Origin: Candidatus Uhrbacteria bacterium
GTDB lineage: Bacteria > Patescibacteriota > Patescibacteriia > UBA9934
NCBI GenBank assembly: GCA_018664485.1
Contig: JABJOE010000006.1
Span: 7,294-71,293, forward strand
Direction of reading: 5' to 3'
DNA: 64,000 bases
Below the pieces are notes generated by a model. It saw only the letters and a list, made by a program, of their open reading frames with translations, ran no database searches and had not been told where the DNA came from. Each line of letters starts with the position of its first letter. Position 1 is the first letter of the stretch. Shown piece by piece: positions 46,264-55,471 of the stretch. Made by a program: the position numbers and the translations under genes.

Positions 46264-46551
46264 CTATAAGTGTTTGTATCCAAGTCTCTTTAATTCATGT
46301 TGATGCTGTCGCTTAAATTCTCTGTGTCCACCTCCACTCTTCAAATAGACTTCACGAGCCATTGCATCATTCTTATTCTTATAATTTTCATAATAGAATA
46401 TTTTCGCAGGCAATCTGTGCTTTGTAGATTTTACAGAGCCTGATTCGTGAGCCCTTAACCGATCTTTAAGATTTGTAGAGTAACCGATATACAGCTGATC
46501 ATCTGAACAAAATAAAACGTAAACAAAATACATACATATACATCCTAGCAT
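46264..46551 (-). CDS. GIY-YIG nuclease-superfamily small protein.
   Basis: ...YFVYVLFCSDDQLYIGYSTNLKDRLRAHESG... GIY-YIG core with a conserved Arg and Glu. The true start is probably the internal MYFVYVL. Confidence 0.7.
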   Translation of the reverse strand: MLGCICMYFVYVLFCSDDQLYIGYSTNLKDRLRAHESGSVKSTKHRLPAKIFYYENYKNKNDAMAREVYLKSGGGHREFKRQHQHELKRLGYKHL

Positions 46552-46606
46552 TAGCGACGTCGGACGTCGCTTTTGGACCCGTCAAACGGGTCTCAGGCCT
46601 TCACAG

Positions 46607-46645
46607 CAAAAGACCCACGACGTAATGTCAGTGGGTCTTTTTGGT
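46607..46645 (-). terminator. Terminator downstream of tRNA-fMet.
   Basis: gacccac...gtgggtc stem followed by TTTTG on the minus strand. Additional palindromes cgacgtcggacgtcg and gacccgtcaaacgggtc lie at 46555-46597. Confidence 0.45.
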
Positions 46646-46676
46646 TGCCCGAACGGCTTTAGGCCGTCCGACGGCC

Positions 46677-46753
<77 letters not shown>

Positions 46754-46758
46754 GGCGC

Positions 46759-46787
46759 ATAATAGGTAAAATATGGGTTTATGTCAA
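46759..46787 (-). promoter_or_regulatory. Consensus sigma70 promoter for tRNA-fMet.
   Basis: On the minus strand: TTGACA, 17 nt, TATTAT. The -10 ends about 6 nt before the tRNA 5' end. Confidence 0.55.
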
Positions 46788-46810
46788 GCAAACGTCCTTT
46801 GAGCGCACCG

Positions 46811-46839
46811 TTGACTAACCTGCAGTAATCTGGTAATAT
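46811..46839 (+). promoter_or_regulatory. Sigma70 promoter for tRNA-Leu.
   Basis: TTGACT, 17 nt, TAATAT. About 20 nt upstream of the tRNA 5' end. Confidence 0.55.
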
Positions 46840-46859
46840 TCGCATCGCAAAACAAGTTT

Positions 46860-46946
46860 GCCGCGATGGCGGAACTGGTAGACGCGCGGGACTCAAAATC
46901 CCGTGATGGCAACATTGTGAGGGTTCAAGTCCCTCTCGCGGCACCA
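46860..46946 (+). tRNA. tRNA-Leu (anticodon CAA), type II with a long variable arm.
   Basis: GCCGCGATGGCGGAACTGGTAGACGCGCGGGACTCAAAATCCCGTGATGGCAACATTGTGAGGGTTCAAGTCCCTCTCGCGGCACCA. Anticodon loop CTCAAAA. Encoded CCA. Confidence 0.85.
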
Positions 46947-47131
46947 CTGAATTCATATACTTACTACTTCTCAATAAAGAGGAAGACAGTATATCTAGAT
47001 CGGTTGCGATTACAACGCAGTCAGTTTGGTATAGTTTCGATGAAAGGGTGGCACGCAAGGAAACGTACTCAATGTACGTAGACGAAGCGTGTCGGGCCCC
47101 TTGAGTCGAAAATAGCCCAAAATGACAAGTT

Positions 47132-47208
47132 GGCTGGGTAGCTCAGTTGGTTAGAGCGCGGGACTCATAAGCCTGAGGTCGAGAGTTCAAGTCTCTCTCC
47201 AGCCACCA
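47132..47208 (+). tRNA. tRNA-Met (anticodon CAU), elongator type. tRNA-Ile2 (lysidine) cannot be excluded from sequence alone.
   Basis: GGCTGGGTAGCTCAGTTGGTTAGAGCGCGGGACTCATAAGCCTGAGGTCGAGAGTTCAAGTCTCTCTCCAGCCACCA. D-loop and T-arm resemble elongator tRNA-Met. Confidence 0.8.
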
Positions 47209-47240
47209 AAAACACACCTGAAACAGGTGTGTTTTTGTAT
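47209..47240 (+). terminator. Rho-independent terminator after the tRNA-Met.
   Basis: acacacctg-aaa-caggtgtgt 9-bp stem followed by TTTTTG. Confidence 0.6.
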
Positions 47241-47281
47241 TGACAAAACCCATTAAATAGTATAAGTTCACTCCTCGGCAT

Positions 47282-47809
47282 TTGATTCCTGTCGAGACAC
47301 CCCACTCCGGAGACTGTATGCCCGATCTCATCCTCGCCCATGCAACTAGCTTGGCACAGGCAATTCAGAAGGTGAGCGCTCCGAACGTCACCCATAAAGG
47401 CTCCGGCTGTGAAAACTACAACCCCAATAGCCACTACATAGAACACTCTCCAATCCGTCCGCGAGGTGGCCAGTGGCTGATCGTGACTGCAAGAAGCAGT
47501 TTCAAAAATAACGATAAGAGGTTTGAAGCGTATGTGACGGCCTGCATCGTCGCCCCCTCCCTCTGCCATGAAGAAACGAGAGGTGACCCCACCGCCTTCT
47601 TCCGGATCTACTACCACGACAACCGGAAACTCGTCTGGCATGTCACCTGGCGCCTTGAGCCAACGAAAGGTCAATGGCGTCTGGATGAAGCGCACACTAC
47701 GCTTGATACCATTCCTGAGTCCTGCAAAGAGGATATCAAGACCGGCGTCTACGACAACATCGAGGACCTCGCGAAAATGCTCGGCACATTCGCAACAGCA
47801 ATGAGCTGA
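47282..47809 (+). CDS. Hypothetical protein, GC-rich by eye.
   Basis: 175 aa. The start may be the internal MPDLILAH (47318). No motif. A degenerate terminator hairpin and T-run follow the stop at about 47833-47870. Confidence 0.45.
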   Translation: MIPVETPHSGDCMPDLILAHATSLAQAIQKVSAPNVTHKGSGCENYNPNSHYIEHSPIRPRGGQWLIVTARSSFKNNDKRFEAYVTACIVAPSLCHEETRGDPTAFFRIYYHDNRKLVWHVTWRLEPTKGQWRLDEAHTTLDTIPESCKEDIKTGVYDNIEDLAKMLGTFATAMS

Positions 47810-47862
47810 CTCGAAAGCTCGACTCCGTCAGAGCGCCTCCACTAGGGGGCGTTCCTTGCTTT

Positions 47863-48360
47863 TTGCAAAACTATGCTATACTCCCGCACACTATGACTTT
47901 GACCACACATACTGCAATTGGCGCTGCTATTGGCTCATCTGTCGGAAACCCCATCATCGGGTTTCTTCTTGGATTTGCATCTCACTTCCTGGTAGACATG
48001 ATTCCACATGGTGACAGTAAAATGTCTGACTCATTCCGACTACTCCACAAAAAAGGACCCGTGGCGTATGCATCAATCGATGGAGCTATCGCTCTATACC
48101 TTGTCCTCACCCTTTCAAACATTATTCCGTCAGCACAACTATTTGCATTCTCCCTGGCTGTCGCAGGATCTGTACTCCCTGACCTTCTAATCGGATTACA
48201 AGACCTGACTCACTGGAGAATACTAAAACCTTTCTTTAGATTTCACTTTTTCTTCCACGACTTTTTTACAAAAAAATACGGCGATGTAAAACTTACATAC
48301 GCCCTTGCAGGACAAGCTGCTGTTATTATTTTTATCCTTCTCCCGCTTGTTAACGGCTAG
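47863..48360 (+). CDS. Hypothetical integral membrane protein, possibly DUF457 / YdjM-like membrane-bound metal-dependent hydrolase.
   Basis: 165 aa with about 4 TM helices. LVDMIPHGD His-containing motif near the first helix. Confidence 0.45.
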   Translation: MQNYAILPHTMTLTTHTAIGAAIGSSVGNPIIGFLLGFASHFLVDMIPHGDSKMSDSFRLLHKKGPVAYASIDGAIALYLVLTLSNIIPSAQLFAFSLAVAGSVLPDLLIGLQDLTHWRILKPFFRFHFFFHDFFTKKYGDVKLTYALAGQAAVIIFILLPLVNG

Positions 48361-48366
48361 TTCCCG

Positions 48367-48858
48367 CTAAAAATAAACATCGGCGCTTACACTCAATATA
48401 CTCACAATGATACCGGCAGTTATCACACCAGGAATAATACCCCGTATCGCATAACGAAAAGGTACTTTCAATGCTACAGCTGCCAGAGTAGCAGTCCACA
48501 GGCCGGTCATAGGAAGCGGTAATGCCGTAAAGAGAAATAATGCAAACGCCCCATAACGGGCGTATTTATGTTTTACTTTTCCCTTCGCTCTCTGGATTGA
48601 AAGCTCCATAATACGCCCAAACCACGGCCAATGTTTCGTCGCCAATCCATGCAAGGCGTCTAGTCCGAAATATAATGGAACAAGTGGAACAAGGTTTCCA
48701 ATCACGGCGTACCCGAATGCCTCGAGCGGTTGCAGCAGCCAAACATGCGCCGCTACAGGAATCGCAAGCCGCAATTCAAAAATAGGCATGGCAGCCAAGA
48801 TCATCGTGGCGATCGGTCGCGGAACCTCACTTAGAAATAATATTACAGACTCAATCAT
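48367..48858 (-). CDS. Small integral membrane protein. The family call is uncertain (I recalled a possible match to putative small multidrug export proteins, but this was unverified).
   Basis: 163 aa with 4-5 TM helices. ...PIFELRLAIPVA... motif. Confidence 0.5.
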   Translation of the reverse strand: MIESVILFLSEVPRPIATMILAAMPIFELRLAIPVAAHVWLLQPLEAFGYAVIGNLVPLVPLYFGLDALHGLATKHWPWFGRIMELSIQRAKGKVKHKYARYGAFALFLFTALPLPMTGLWTATLAAVALKVPFRYAIRGIIPGVITAGIIVSILSVSADVYF

Positions 48859-48864
48859 ATAAAG

Positions 48865-49842
48865 TTACTCGTCCCAACTAAAAGTTTTAAATGCCCAGGC
48901 TGCCAATCCCTTTGCTTCATCTGCGCGAGCGTCCTTGCTTTCAGCCCCCATTACGATCACATGGACAGCATGATCACCCTCCTGCACGGTTGTTGCAAGA
49001 ACATACCCTGCTTCTGGCAAAAACCCCGTCTTCCCACCCAGTACATCATAGTTCCCATTATTCAGGAAGCTTGTTAGTAACACATTCGTATTATTAACCG
49101 TAATACTGTTACCGCTTTGCGAAAGAGTAGTGCTCGACGACTGCATAAACGACTTTATAATCTCATTCTCGTCAGCCACCTCAAGTAGAGTTACCAAATC
49201 ACGAGCGGTCGACAGATTATCAGGATCAACCCCTGTAGGATCTGCAAACATGGAATTCGTCATCTCAAGCTCCACCGCTTTTTCGTTCATGCGAGCAATG
49301 AAATCCTCTATATCCAATCCTGAAAATCGAGCTAATGATTGTGTTGCAGTATTATCTGACCCTACAAGACTGGCAGCTAACACATCTTCCAGTAAAACCG
49401 GCTCATAGAAAGCAACGTAATGTCGCCCTCCCCCTACGTAATCTTGCTTTGGATCAAGTGTAACGTATTGCGATAAGTCAGGCTCCGTGTCCAAAAATAC
49501 CAGAGCACTCATCAACTTTGTAACACTGCCGATCGCTCGAAGCTGGTCAGGTTGTTTAGCGAATAATATCGCACCACTGTCGCGGTCTACCACCAACGCA
49601 CTCCGCGCCGACGTTACAATACCGAAAGAATCTGTATCAACTTTAACAGGTGCATCGTATCTTGCCTGCGCCTCAGGCAAAACCTCCATAGCAAGGCGTA
49701 ACTCTTGCGAACTCCACGCGGGTCGATCTATATCAACGGCAGCATCCGCCTGCCACTGATAATAGCCCGCATCAACTGGAAACAAGTTAACTAAAGTTGT
49801 TGCAAAAACAAGTTGTGTGATCGCCTTGAAAATCATAGCCAC
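48865..49842 (-). CDS. D-alanyl-D-alanine carboxypeptidase (peptidase S11, PBP5/6-like).
   Basis: 325 aa. Signal peptide. SxxK (IGSVTKLM), SxN (VGSDNTA) and KTG (GGKTGFL) active-site triad motifs. Confidence 0.8.
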   Translation of the reverse strand: MAMIFKAITQLVFATTLVNLFPVDAGYYQWQADAAVDIDRPAWSSQELRLAMEVLPEAQARYDAPVKVDTDSFGIVTSARSALVVDRDSGAILFAKQPDQLRAIGSVTKLMSALVFLDTEPDLSQYVTLDPKQDYVGGGRHYVAFYEPVLLEDVLAASLVGSDNTATQSLARFSGLDIEDFIARMNEKAVELEMTNSMFADPTGVDPDNLSTARDLVTLLEVADENEIIKSFMQSSSTTLSQSGNSITVNNTNVLLTSFLNNGNYDVLGGKTGFLPEAGYVLATTVQEGDHAVHVIVMGAESKDARADEAKGLAAWAFKTFSWDE

Positions 49843-50387
49843 TATCCATCGAGCGAATGAAGCATCTGATCGATCTTGGAATGCTTGTGAAGATCTTCAA
49901 AGTCCGGCAACTCATCAGCCTTATGAATTCCGAGATGACGGAGCATGTCTGTTGTTAATGAGAACACTGGAAGTAGCTTAATGTCATCATCACGTTCATC
50001 AATCAAACCGCGCATCAAAAGATTTCTAATAATCAGAGAGCAATTAACACCTCGGATATGCTCTACTTCTGCCTTTGTAATAGGGCCGCGGTATGCAATG
50101 ATCGTTAAGGTCTCAAGCTGAGGTCGTGTGAGCTCAGACTTCATCTCATCTTTCGTTTGAGTCTTTAACTCTTCTCCGAATATTGGATTTGTAACAAGAG
50201 CTACGCCATCTACAGTAGATAATATGTGGATACCAGACGCATCTACATTTCTGAGTTTCATCAAAGTCTCTACCGACTCCTGAACCTGCTCGCTTTTAAC
50301 AGACAAAATACGCGCAATAGCCTTAAACGTCATTGGCTTTGTGCGAAGGAATAATATAGCTTCGATTTTTGCTGCAAGATTTTCCAT
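49842..50387 (-). CDS. scpB: Segregation and condensation protein B.
   Basis: 181 aa. Winged-helix ...IEAILFLRTKPMTFKAIARIL... and ...TIIAYRGPITKAEVEHIRGV... Confidence 0.85.
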   Translation of the reverse strand: MENLAAKIEAILFLRTKPMTFKAIARILSVKSEQVQESVETLMKLRNVDASGIHILSTVDGVALVTNPIFGEELKTQTKDEMKSELTRPQLETLTIIAYRGPITKAEVEHIRGVNCSLIIRNLLMRGLIDERDDDIKLLPVFSLTTDMLRHLGIHKADELPDFEDLHKHSKIDQMLHSLDG

Positions 50388-50435
50388 AATAATTTTATAC
50401 GACTACGTAAACGATTCAGATATATCTATCAAACT

Positions 50436-51134
50436 CTACATCCTTTCAATTAAGACATCCTGCCCCGACTGCCGCACAGACACATGCTGTCGCCGTGCCA
50501 ACTCGAGCAACGCAAGAAAGCTTACGACCACATCCATCTTTCGCTTAGCGCCAGACACCACATCTTGAAACTTCATCGAAGCACGAGATTGAAGTACTGT
50601 CGTTAATTCTGAAATACGCTCCTCCACAGACTTCACACGCTCCATTGAAACCTGTTGCAAAGTAAAGAACGGTTGAAGACGTTTTAGCAATCCTGCAAAT
50701 GCTGTACGTAGATTATCTGATGTCAGATTTTCTGCCGGTGCAAATGCTGGTTTCTGATCAATTTTAATACGAGTGAAGGGCCGCTCAAAGGAACGTTCTG
50801 TATTTGAAAACTGTTCATTGATCTTCTCTGCCGCATTAACAAACAAACGATACAATCTCAACTGCTCCTCGAGCTCGCCAATCTCTTCCTCCTCTTCATC
50901 CATGCGAAGATAAGGCATCAACTCACGACTTTTCAAATAAATAAGTCGAGAAGCGATTAACAAAAAATCAGCCAGCTCCTCTGGAAGAACGTCGGCCGAT
51001 TCTAAACGCAATAAATATTCGTCAGCAATGTCGGCAAGAGCAACATCTGTAATCTCAAGCTCTCTCTTGTCTAGCAATTCCAAAAGAAGCCCAAGTGGGC
51101 CTGAAAACGCATCTTGCTTAACTGAAAACTCCAT
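50436..51134 (-). CDS. scpA: Segregation and condensation protein A.
   Basis: 232 aa. ...LELLDKRELEITDVALADIADEYL... kleisin N-terminus. Adjacent to scpB. Confidence 0.8.
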   Translation of the reverse strand: MEFSVKQDAFSGPLGLLLELLDKRELEITDVALADIADEYLLRLESADVLPEELADFLLIASRLIYLKSRELMPYLRMDEEEEEIGELEEQLRLYRLFVNAAEKINEQFSNTERSFERPFTRIKIDQKPAFAPAENLTSDNLRTAFAGLLKRLQPFFTLQQVSMERVKSVEERISELTTVLQSRASMKFQDVVSGAKRKMDVVVSFLALLELARRQHVSVRQSGQDVLIERM

Positions 51135-51290
51135 AACCCCTACATTTTAACACATTTCGTCCTTCCACTCACGAAAACTATAAGATCATCAAAACACTAT
51201 ACTGCAGGCAAAAAGCTGACATAGATAACATGGAATTCTATCTGTTTTAAAGGCTGATTTTAGCTATCCACAGAAACTGACGAAAAATGT

Positions 51291-51318
51291 TTGTCAGAAT
51301 TTCCGCGGCTCATATACT
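51291..51318 (+). promoter_or_regulatory. Sigma70-like promoter for glmS.
   Basis: TTGTCA, 16 nt, TATACT. About 65-nt leader. No glmS-ribozyme core motifs seen in the leader. Confidence 0.4.
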
Positions 51319-51388
51319 ACTCAACGTAGTCACAAGTCACCGTACCACTACAAATAAACAACGTCTTACAAACTACTTCATAAAGTCT

Positions 51389-53221
51389 ATGTGTGGAATC
51401 ATTGGTTATACCGGAACACAGGAAGCCTCCCCTTTTCTGCTCGCAGGGCTTAAGCGATTAGAATATCGAGGATACGACTCTGCAGGCATCGGCGTGTTAA
51501 ACAAAGAAATAAATATTGTACGTGCACAAGGCCCGATCTGTGAGCTCGAAAAAACTCTAGTGAAAAATACACCCGACGGTTCTTGCGGTATTGCGCACAC
51601 TCGCTGGGCAACACATGGGGTTCCCTCAGAAGCCAACGCCCATCCCCACCGTGACTGTTCAGGTGACATTGCCATCATTCACAACGGGATAATCGAGAAC
51701 CACTTAGTTCTCCGTCGTGCACTAACGCTACGGGGCCACGTATTTAAATCTCAGACAGACAGCGAAGTTATATCTCACTTACTCGAAGAGACCATCGCCG
51801 ACACTGACTCCCTACAAGATGCGTTTGAGCAATTATTAGGACAGCTCACTGGCGCGTATGGAATTGTGGCGATGATTAAAAGTAGTCCTGGCACCTTATT
51901 TGTAGCGCGTATGGGTAGTCCTATCGTGCTTGGCAGACGAGATGGAGATCGGTTTGTTTGTTCAGATGCGACAGCGATGGCGGACTGGGTGGATGATGTG
52001 ATTTATTTGGATGACGGGGAACGCGCACTCCTACAACCCAATAACGAACCCATCATATGGACAAAAGAATCCGAGAACATCTCAAAGCAACATCACACTA
52101 TCAGCTGGGATACATCCGTTGCGTCCAAGAAACGCTACGCCCACTTCATGCTCAAGGAGATGATGGAACAGCCCAAGGTAGTAGAGGATACGATGCGCGG
52201 CAGACTGATCGCGCAGAAAGGTATTGCCCACTTTGGTGGCTTGGAGGATGTTCGCGAACGCCTCCGAGAAATAGATCGTCTGATTATCGTTGCCTGCGGC
52301 ACGGCGTACTACGCAGGATGCGTCGGTGAATACATGCTCGAGCACTACGCAGGCATTCCCGTCGAGGTTGAGCTCGCAAGCGAATTCCGCTATCGCCACC
52401 CAGTTATAAATAGACACACTGCGGTACTTGCGATCACCCAGTCTGGTGAAACCGCCGATACACTCGCTGCAATACGCGAGGCGAAAACACAAGGGGCCCT
52501 CACGCTTGGAATAGTTAATGTTCCGGGGTCAACAATCGCTCGCGAAACAGATGCTGGAATATATACAAGAGCGGGCTCTGAGATCGGCGTAGCTTCAACT
52601 AAGGCGTTTATAACACAGGTTACAGCACTCGCAATGCTCACTCTCTTTTTTGGACGTGACCGTAACCTCGAAGAAACAGAAGCAATCAAAATCGCAAAAG
52701 AGTTGGAACTTATACCAGACAAGATAGAAAGTATTTTAAAACTTCGCCCGCAAATAAAAGCGTTGGCAGATAAATATCAATGGATGCAAAACGCATTCTT
52801 CCTGGGTCGAACATACCAAGCCCCTATCGCATATGAGGGAGCTCTAAAGCTAAAAGAGATTAGCTTGATTCATGCTGAAGGATATAGTGCCGGTGAATTG
52901 AAACATGGGCCGCTCGCCCTTATCGATGAGAGGTTTCCAAGCATTGTAATATGCCCACGCGATGAAGTGTACGAAAAGACGCTTTCAAACATTGCAGAAA
53001 TTAAAGCGCGCAAAGGACCCGTTATTGCAATTACGGACATTGGTAATACCGATATCGTAGAGCTTGTTGACGACGTTATCCACATTCCAAGCACACATGA
53101 AATGCTCTCACCACTTCTCACGGCAATCCCAACGCAGCTATTCGCATATGAAATGTCGCTTCTTCAAGGCTATGACCCTGACAAACCTCGCAACCTTGCA
53201 AAGAGTGTTACTGTCGAATGA
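51389..53221 (+). CDS. glmS: Glutamine--fructose-6-phosphate aminotransferase.
   Basis: Starts MCGIIGYTG (Ntn Cys2). Two SIS domains. The track ORF begins 34 codons upstream at a non-conserved Met. Confidence 0.9.
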   Translation: MCGIIGYTGTQEASPFLLAGLKRLEYRGYDSAGIGVLNKEINIVRAQGPICELEKTLVKNTPDGSCGIAHTRWATHGVPSEANAHPHRDCSGDIAIIHNGIIENHLVLRRALTLRGHVFKSQTDSEVISHLLEETIADTDSLQDAFEQLLGQLTGAYGIVAMIKSSPGTLFVARMGSPIVLGRRDGDRFVCSDATAMADWVDDVIYLDDGERALLQPNNEPIIWTKESENISKQHHTISWDTSVASKKRYAHFMLKEMMEQPKVVEDTMRGRLIAQKGIAHFGGLEDVRERLREIDRLIIVACGTAYYAGCVGEYMLEHYAGIPVEVELASEFRYRHPVINRHTAVLAITQSGETADTLAAIREAKTQGALTLGIVNVPGSTIARETDAGIYTRAGSEIGVASTKAFITQVTALAMLTLFFGRDRNLEETEAIKIAKELELIPDKIESILKLRPQIKALADKYQWMQNAFFLGRTYQAPIAYEGALKLKEISLIHAEGYSAGELKHGPLALIDERFPSIVICPRDEVYEKTLSNIAEIKARKGPVIAITDIGNTDIVELVDDVIHIPSTHEMLSPLLTAIPTQLFAYEMSLLQGYDPDKPRNLAKSVTVE

Positions 53222-53263
53222 TGCAAACAAAAAACCGAGCACAGCGCCCGGTTTTTTACTTTT

Positions 53264-54658
53264 TTAGATATCTAGCTTGATATGTGCTTCTTGAAGTGAA
53301 GCTCCAGTTACTTCAGACGGTGCATCCATGATTGATGTCGTGGCTCGACCAGTCATTGGGAAGGCCTGTGTCTCACGTAGAGACTCCTCGCCAGTCATAG
53401 TCATCAATGTCCGCTCAACACCAAGTGCAATACCTCCATGAGGCGGAGCGCCGTACTCAAAGGCTTCTATCATATGCCCAACGGACTCCACAGTCTCTTC
53501 TTCTGTATAGCCCATATTCTTGTACGTAGCCTTCAAAACTTCCGGCTCATGCGCACGAATACTTCCTCCGCCGGCCTCATATCCATTACAAACAAGGTCG
53601 TACTGAGAGGTCAAAATCTTTTCAATGTTCGTACCGGCAAGATGGTCTTCTCTCCACTCTGGCAGAGGATTTGAGAACGGATTATGTGTAAACGTCCATT
53701 GTCCATCTGCAGCTTTCTCAAAGAAAGGAAAGTCTACCACCCAAGAATATGCCAATACGTCGCCAGCTTCTTTCTCTTCCTCTGTTCGAAGGTCAAACTT
53801 ATCTGCTCCAAACTTCTCCATAGCCTCCGCGTACGTAAATCGTGGGAAAGGCTTCTCCTTGATCTTCATTCCCATTCCTTCTGCAACCTCAATCATCATA
53901 GCCTCAACTAGCTCCATGACATCAGCCTGCTCCACAAAACTCATCTCCAAGTCAATCTGACTATGCTCAAATCCACGATCTGCTCGAGGGTCTTCGTCAC
54001 GGAAGCAACGCGCAATCTGGAAATAACGTTCAAAACCACCAACCATCAACAACTGCTTGTACTGTTGTGGGCTTTGTGGAAGAGCAAAGAACTTTCCTGG
54101 CTGCAAACGAGCCGGCACAATAAAGTCACGTGACCCTTCTGCTGTAGCCTTTGTAAGATATGGTGTTTCAATTTCGGTAAATCCCTTTGTGTAAAGATGA
54201 TCTCGAACTCCGCGTACCATCTCGGATCGCATCTTCATGTTTTTGTTCAAACGATCTGAACGCAAGTCCAAGTAACGATATTTCAAACGAACTTCTTCAT
54301 TCACACCGATAGTGTCTTTATCGATCTCAAACGGAGGTGTCTTTGATTCATTTAAAACCGTAATCTTTGTAGCTAGAATTTCAACTGTTCCGCTTAGCAT
54401 GTCTGGATTTATCTGCTTCTCGCTACGCTTCTGTACAACACCCTCAATCTGTACAACCCATTCATTACGAAGCTTTCCGGCAACCTCAGCAAACTCGCCA
54501 AGTTCAGAAGGCACAGCAACAATCTGTAAAAGACCATCCTTATCTCGAAGGTCAAAAAACTTTACTTTCCCCATGTCTCGTCTGGCATGGATCCAACCAG
54601 CAACCATAACAGTCTCCTCTGCGTGATTTGGTGTCTCTGATGTCAATATTCGTTTCAT
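53264..54658 (-). CDS. aspS: Aspartate--tRNA ligase, bacterial-type core but lacking the GAD insertion domain (464 aa).
   Basis: N-terminal OB fold. Motif 2 CFRDEDPRADRGFEHSQIDLEMSF. ...PFPRFTYAEAMEKFGADKFDLR is followed directly by ...WVVDFPFFE... where the GAD domain normally sits. Motif 3 GGGSIRAHE. Confidence 0.85.
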   Translation of the reverse strand: MKRILTSETPNHAEETVMVAGWIHARRDMGKVKFFDLRDKDGLLQIVAVPSELGEFAEVAGKLRNEWVVQIEGVVQKRSEKQINPDMLSGTVEILATKITVLNESKTPPFEIDKDTIGVNEEVRLKYRYLDLRSDRLNKNMKMRSEMVRGVRDHLYTKGFTEIETPYLTKATAEGSRDFIVPARLQPGKFFALPQSPQQYKQLLMVGGFERYFQIARCFRDEDPRADRGFEHSQIDLEMSFVEQADVMELVEAMMIEVAEGMGMKIKEKPFPRFTYAEAMEKFGADKFDLRTEEEKEAGDVLAYSWVVDFPFFEKAADGQWTFTHNPFSNPLPEWREDHLAGTNIEKILTSQYDLVCNGYEAGGGSIRAHEPEVLKATYKNMGYTEEETVESVGHMIEAFEYGAPPHGGIALGVERTLMTMTGEESLRETQAFPMTGRATTSIMDAPSEVTGASLQEAHIKLDI

Positions 54659-54670
54659 ATGGGGTGTATA

Positions 54671-55471
54671 TTACACGTTTGTAGGTACGGAATCAAGTGT
54701 CAAAACCCCTTGCCAAAAGGGTATTTCTGAAGCAAAAGGTACGTGATATTGCATTAGTTCATGAGTAATGTCGAGCATTTGTCGAAGATGATCTAATGGC
54801 AATCTAGCCGCCAAGAGGTCATTGAACTGATTTTCGCGAGCCATGCGAAGCAACATCACCATCTCCTGGGTAACAGACTTCGTATCTATCCACTCCTGTT
54901 TTTCGTCTTTCACGCAGTCGGTACAAACCAGTCCTCCCTTACCCGTATGCCAGCGAAAAGAAAGCGGCATGATCTGCTCTTGGCAACTAAGGCAATTCCG
55001 CAACTCCACCTTATAGCCCAGTCGCTCCATGAATCTTAATGTGAACGCACTGAGCAAAAATCTGTAGCGCCATGTTGAAAAAGCCTCTACGTTATCCAAA
55101 AATTTTAACCACGCATATAAATCCTCGTACAAGTCTCGATCAGGATCTTCCACGTGTGTGTGCCTATCTATAATTCTCATCATCGACTGGGCAAACAGTC
55201 TATGCTCAACAACGTTTGCAACATTTGAAAATGACTCTTCCCGTTCAACGGAAATAACAGTCATACTTCTGCGGCCTCTGACAATTTCTAAATCGACAAC
55301 AGCGAACGGTTCGAGATGTGCCGCTAGTTTTGCCTTTGATTTACGTGCCCCCCGCCCCATGAATGACACCTTTCCGTATTCCGGAGTGAGTGCACGATAC
55401 AAACGATCAACCTCGCGAATAGGTTGCGAGGTGATTACAATAGCTTTAGTTTTAAGCGTAGACCAGCTCAT
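54671..55471 (-). CDS. recO: DNA repair protein RecO.
   Basis: 266 aa. N-terminal OB ...KAIVITSQPIREVDRLYRALTPEYGKVSFMGRGARKSK... C-terminal Zn finger CLSCQEQ...CTDC. Confidence 0.8.
   Translation of the reverse strand: MSWSTLKTKAIVITSQPIREVDRLYRALTPEYGKVSFMGRGARKSKAKLAAHLEPFAVVDLEIVRGRRSMTVISVEREESFSNVANVVEHRLFAQSMMRIIDRHTHVEDPDRDLYEDLYAWLKFLDNVEAFSTWRYRFLLSAFTLRFMERLGYKVELRNCLSCQEQIMPLSFRWHTGKGGLVCTDCVKDEKQEWIDTKSVTQEMVMLLRMARENQFNDLLAARLPLDHLRQMLDITHELMQYHVPFASEIPFWQGVLTLDSVPTNV

Noticed and set aside
47165-47695. 176-aa minus-strand ORF.
   Set aside because: Its 3' end overlaps the tRNA-Met gene and terminator, and it is antisense to the 47282..47809 gene.
51135-51388. Possible glmS ribozyme in the glmS leader.
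   Set aside because: None of the conserved core elements (for example the GACGAGGA-type P2.1 strand or the AGCGCCAGAACU-like segment) are present. Only a generic promoter and a small hairpin are visible.
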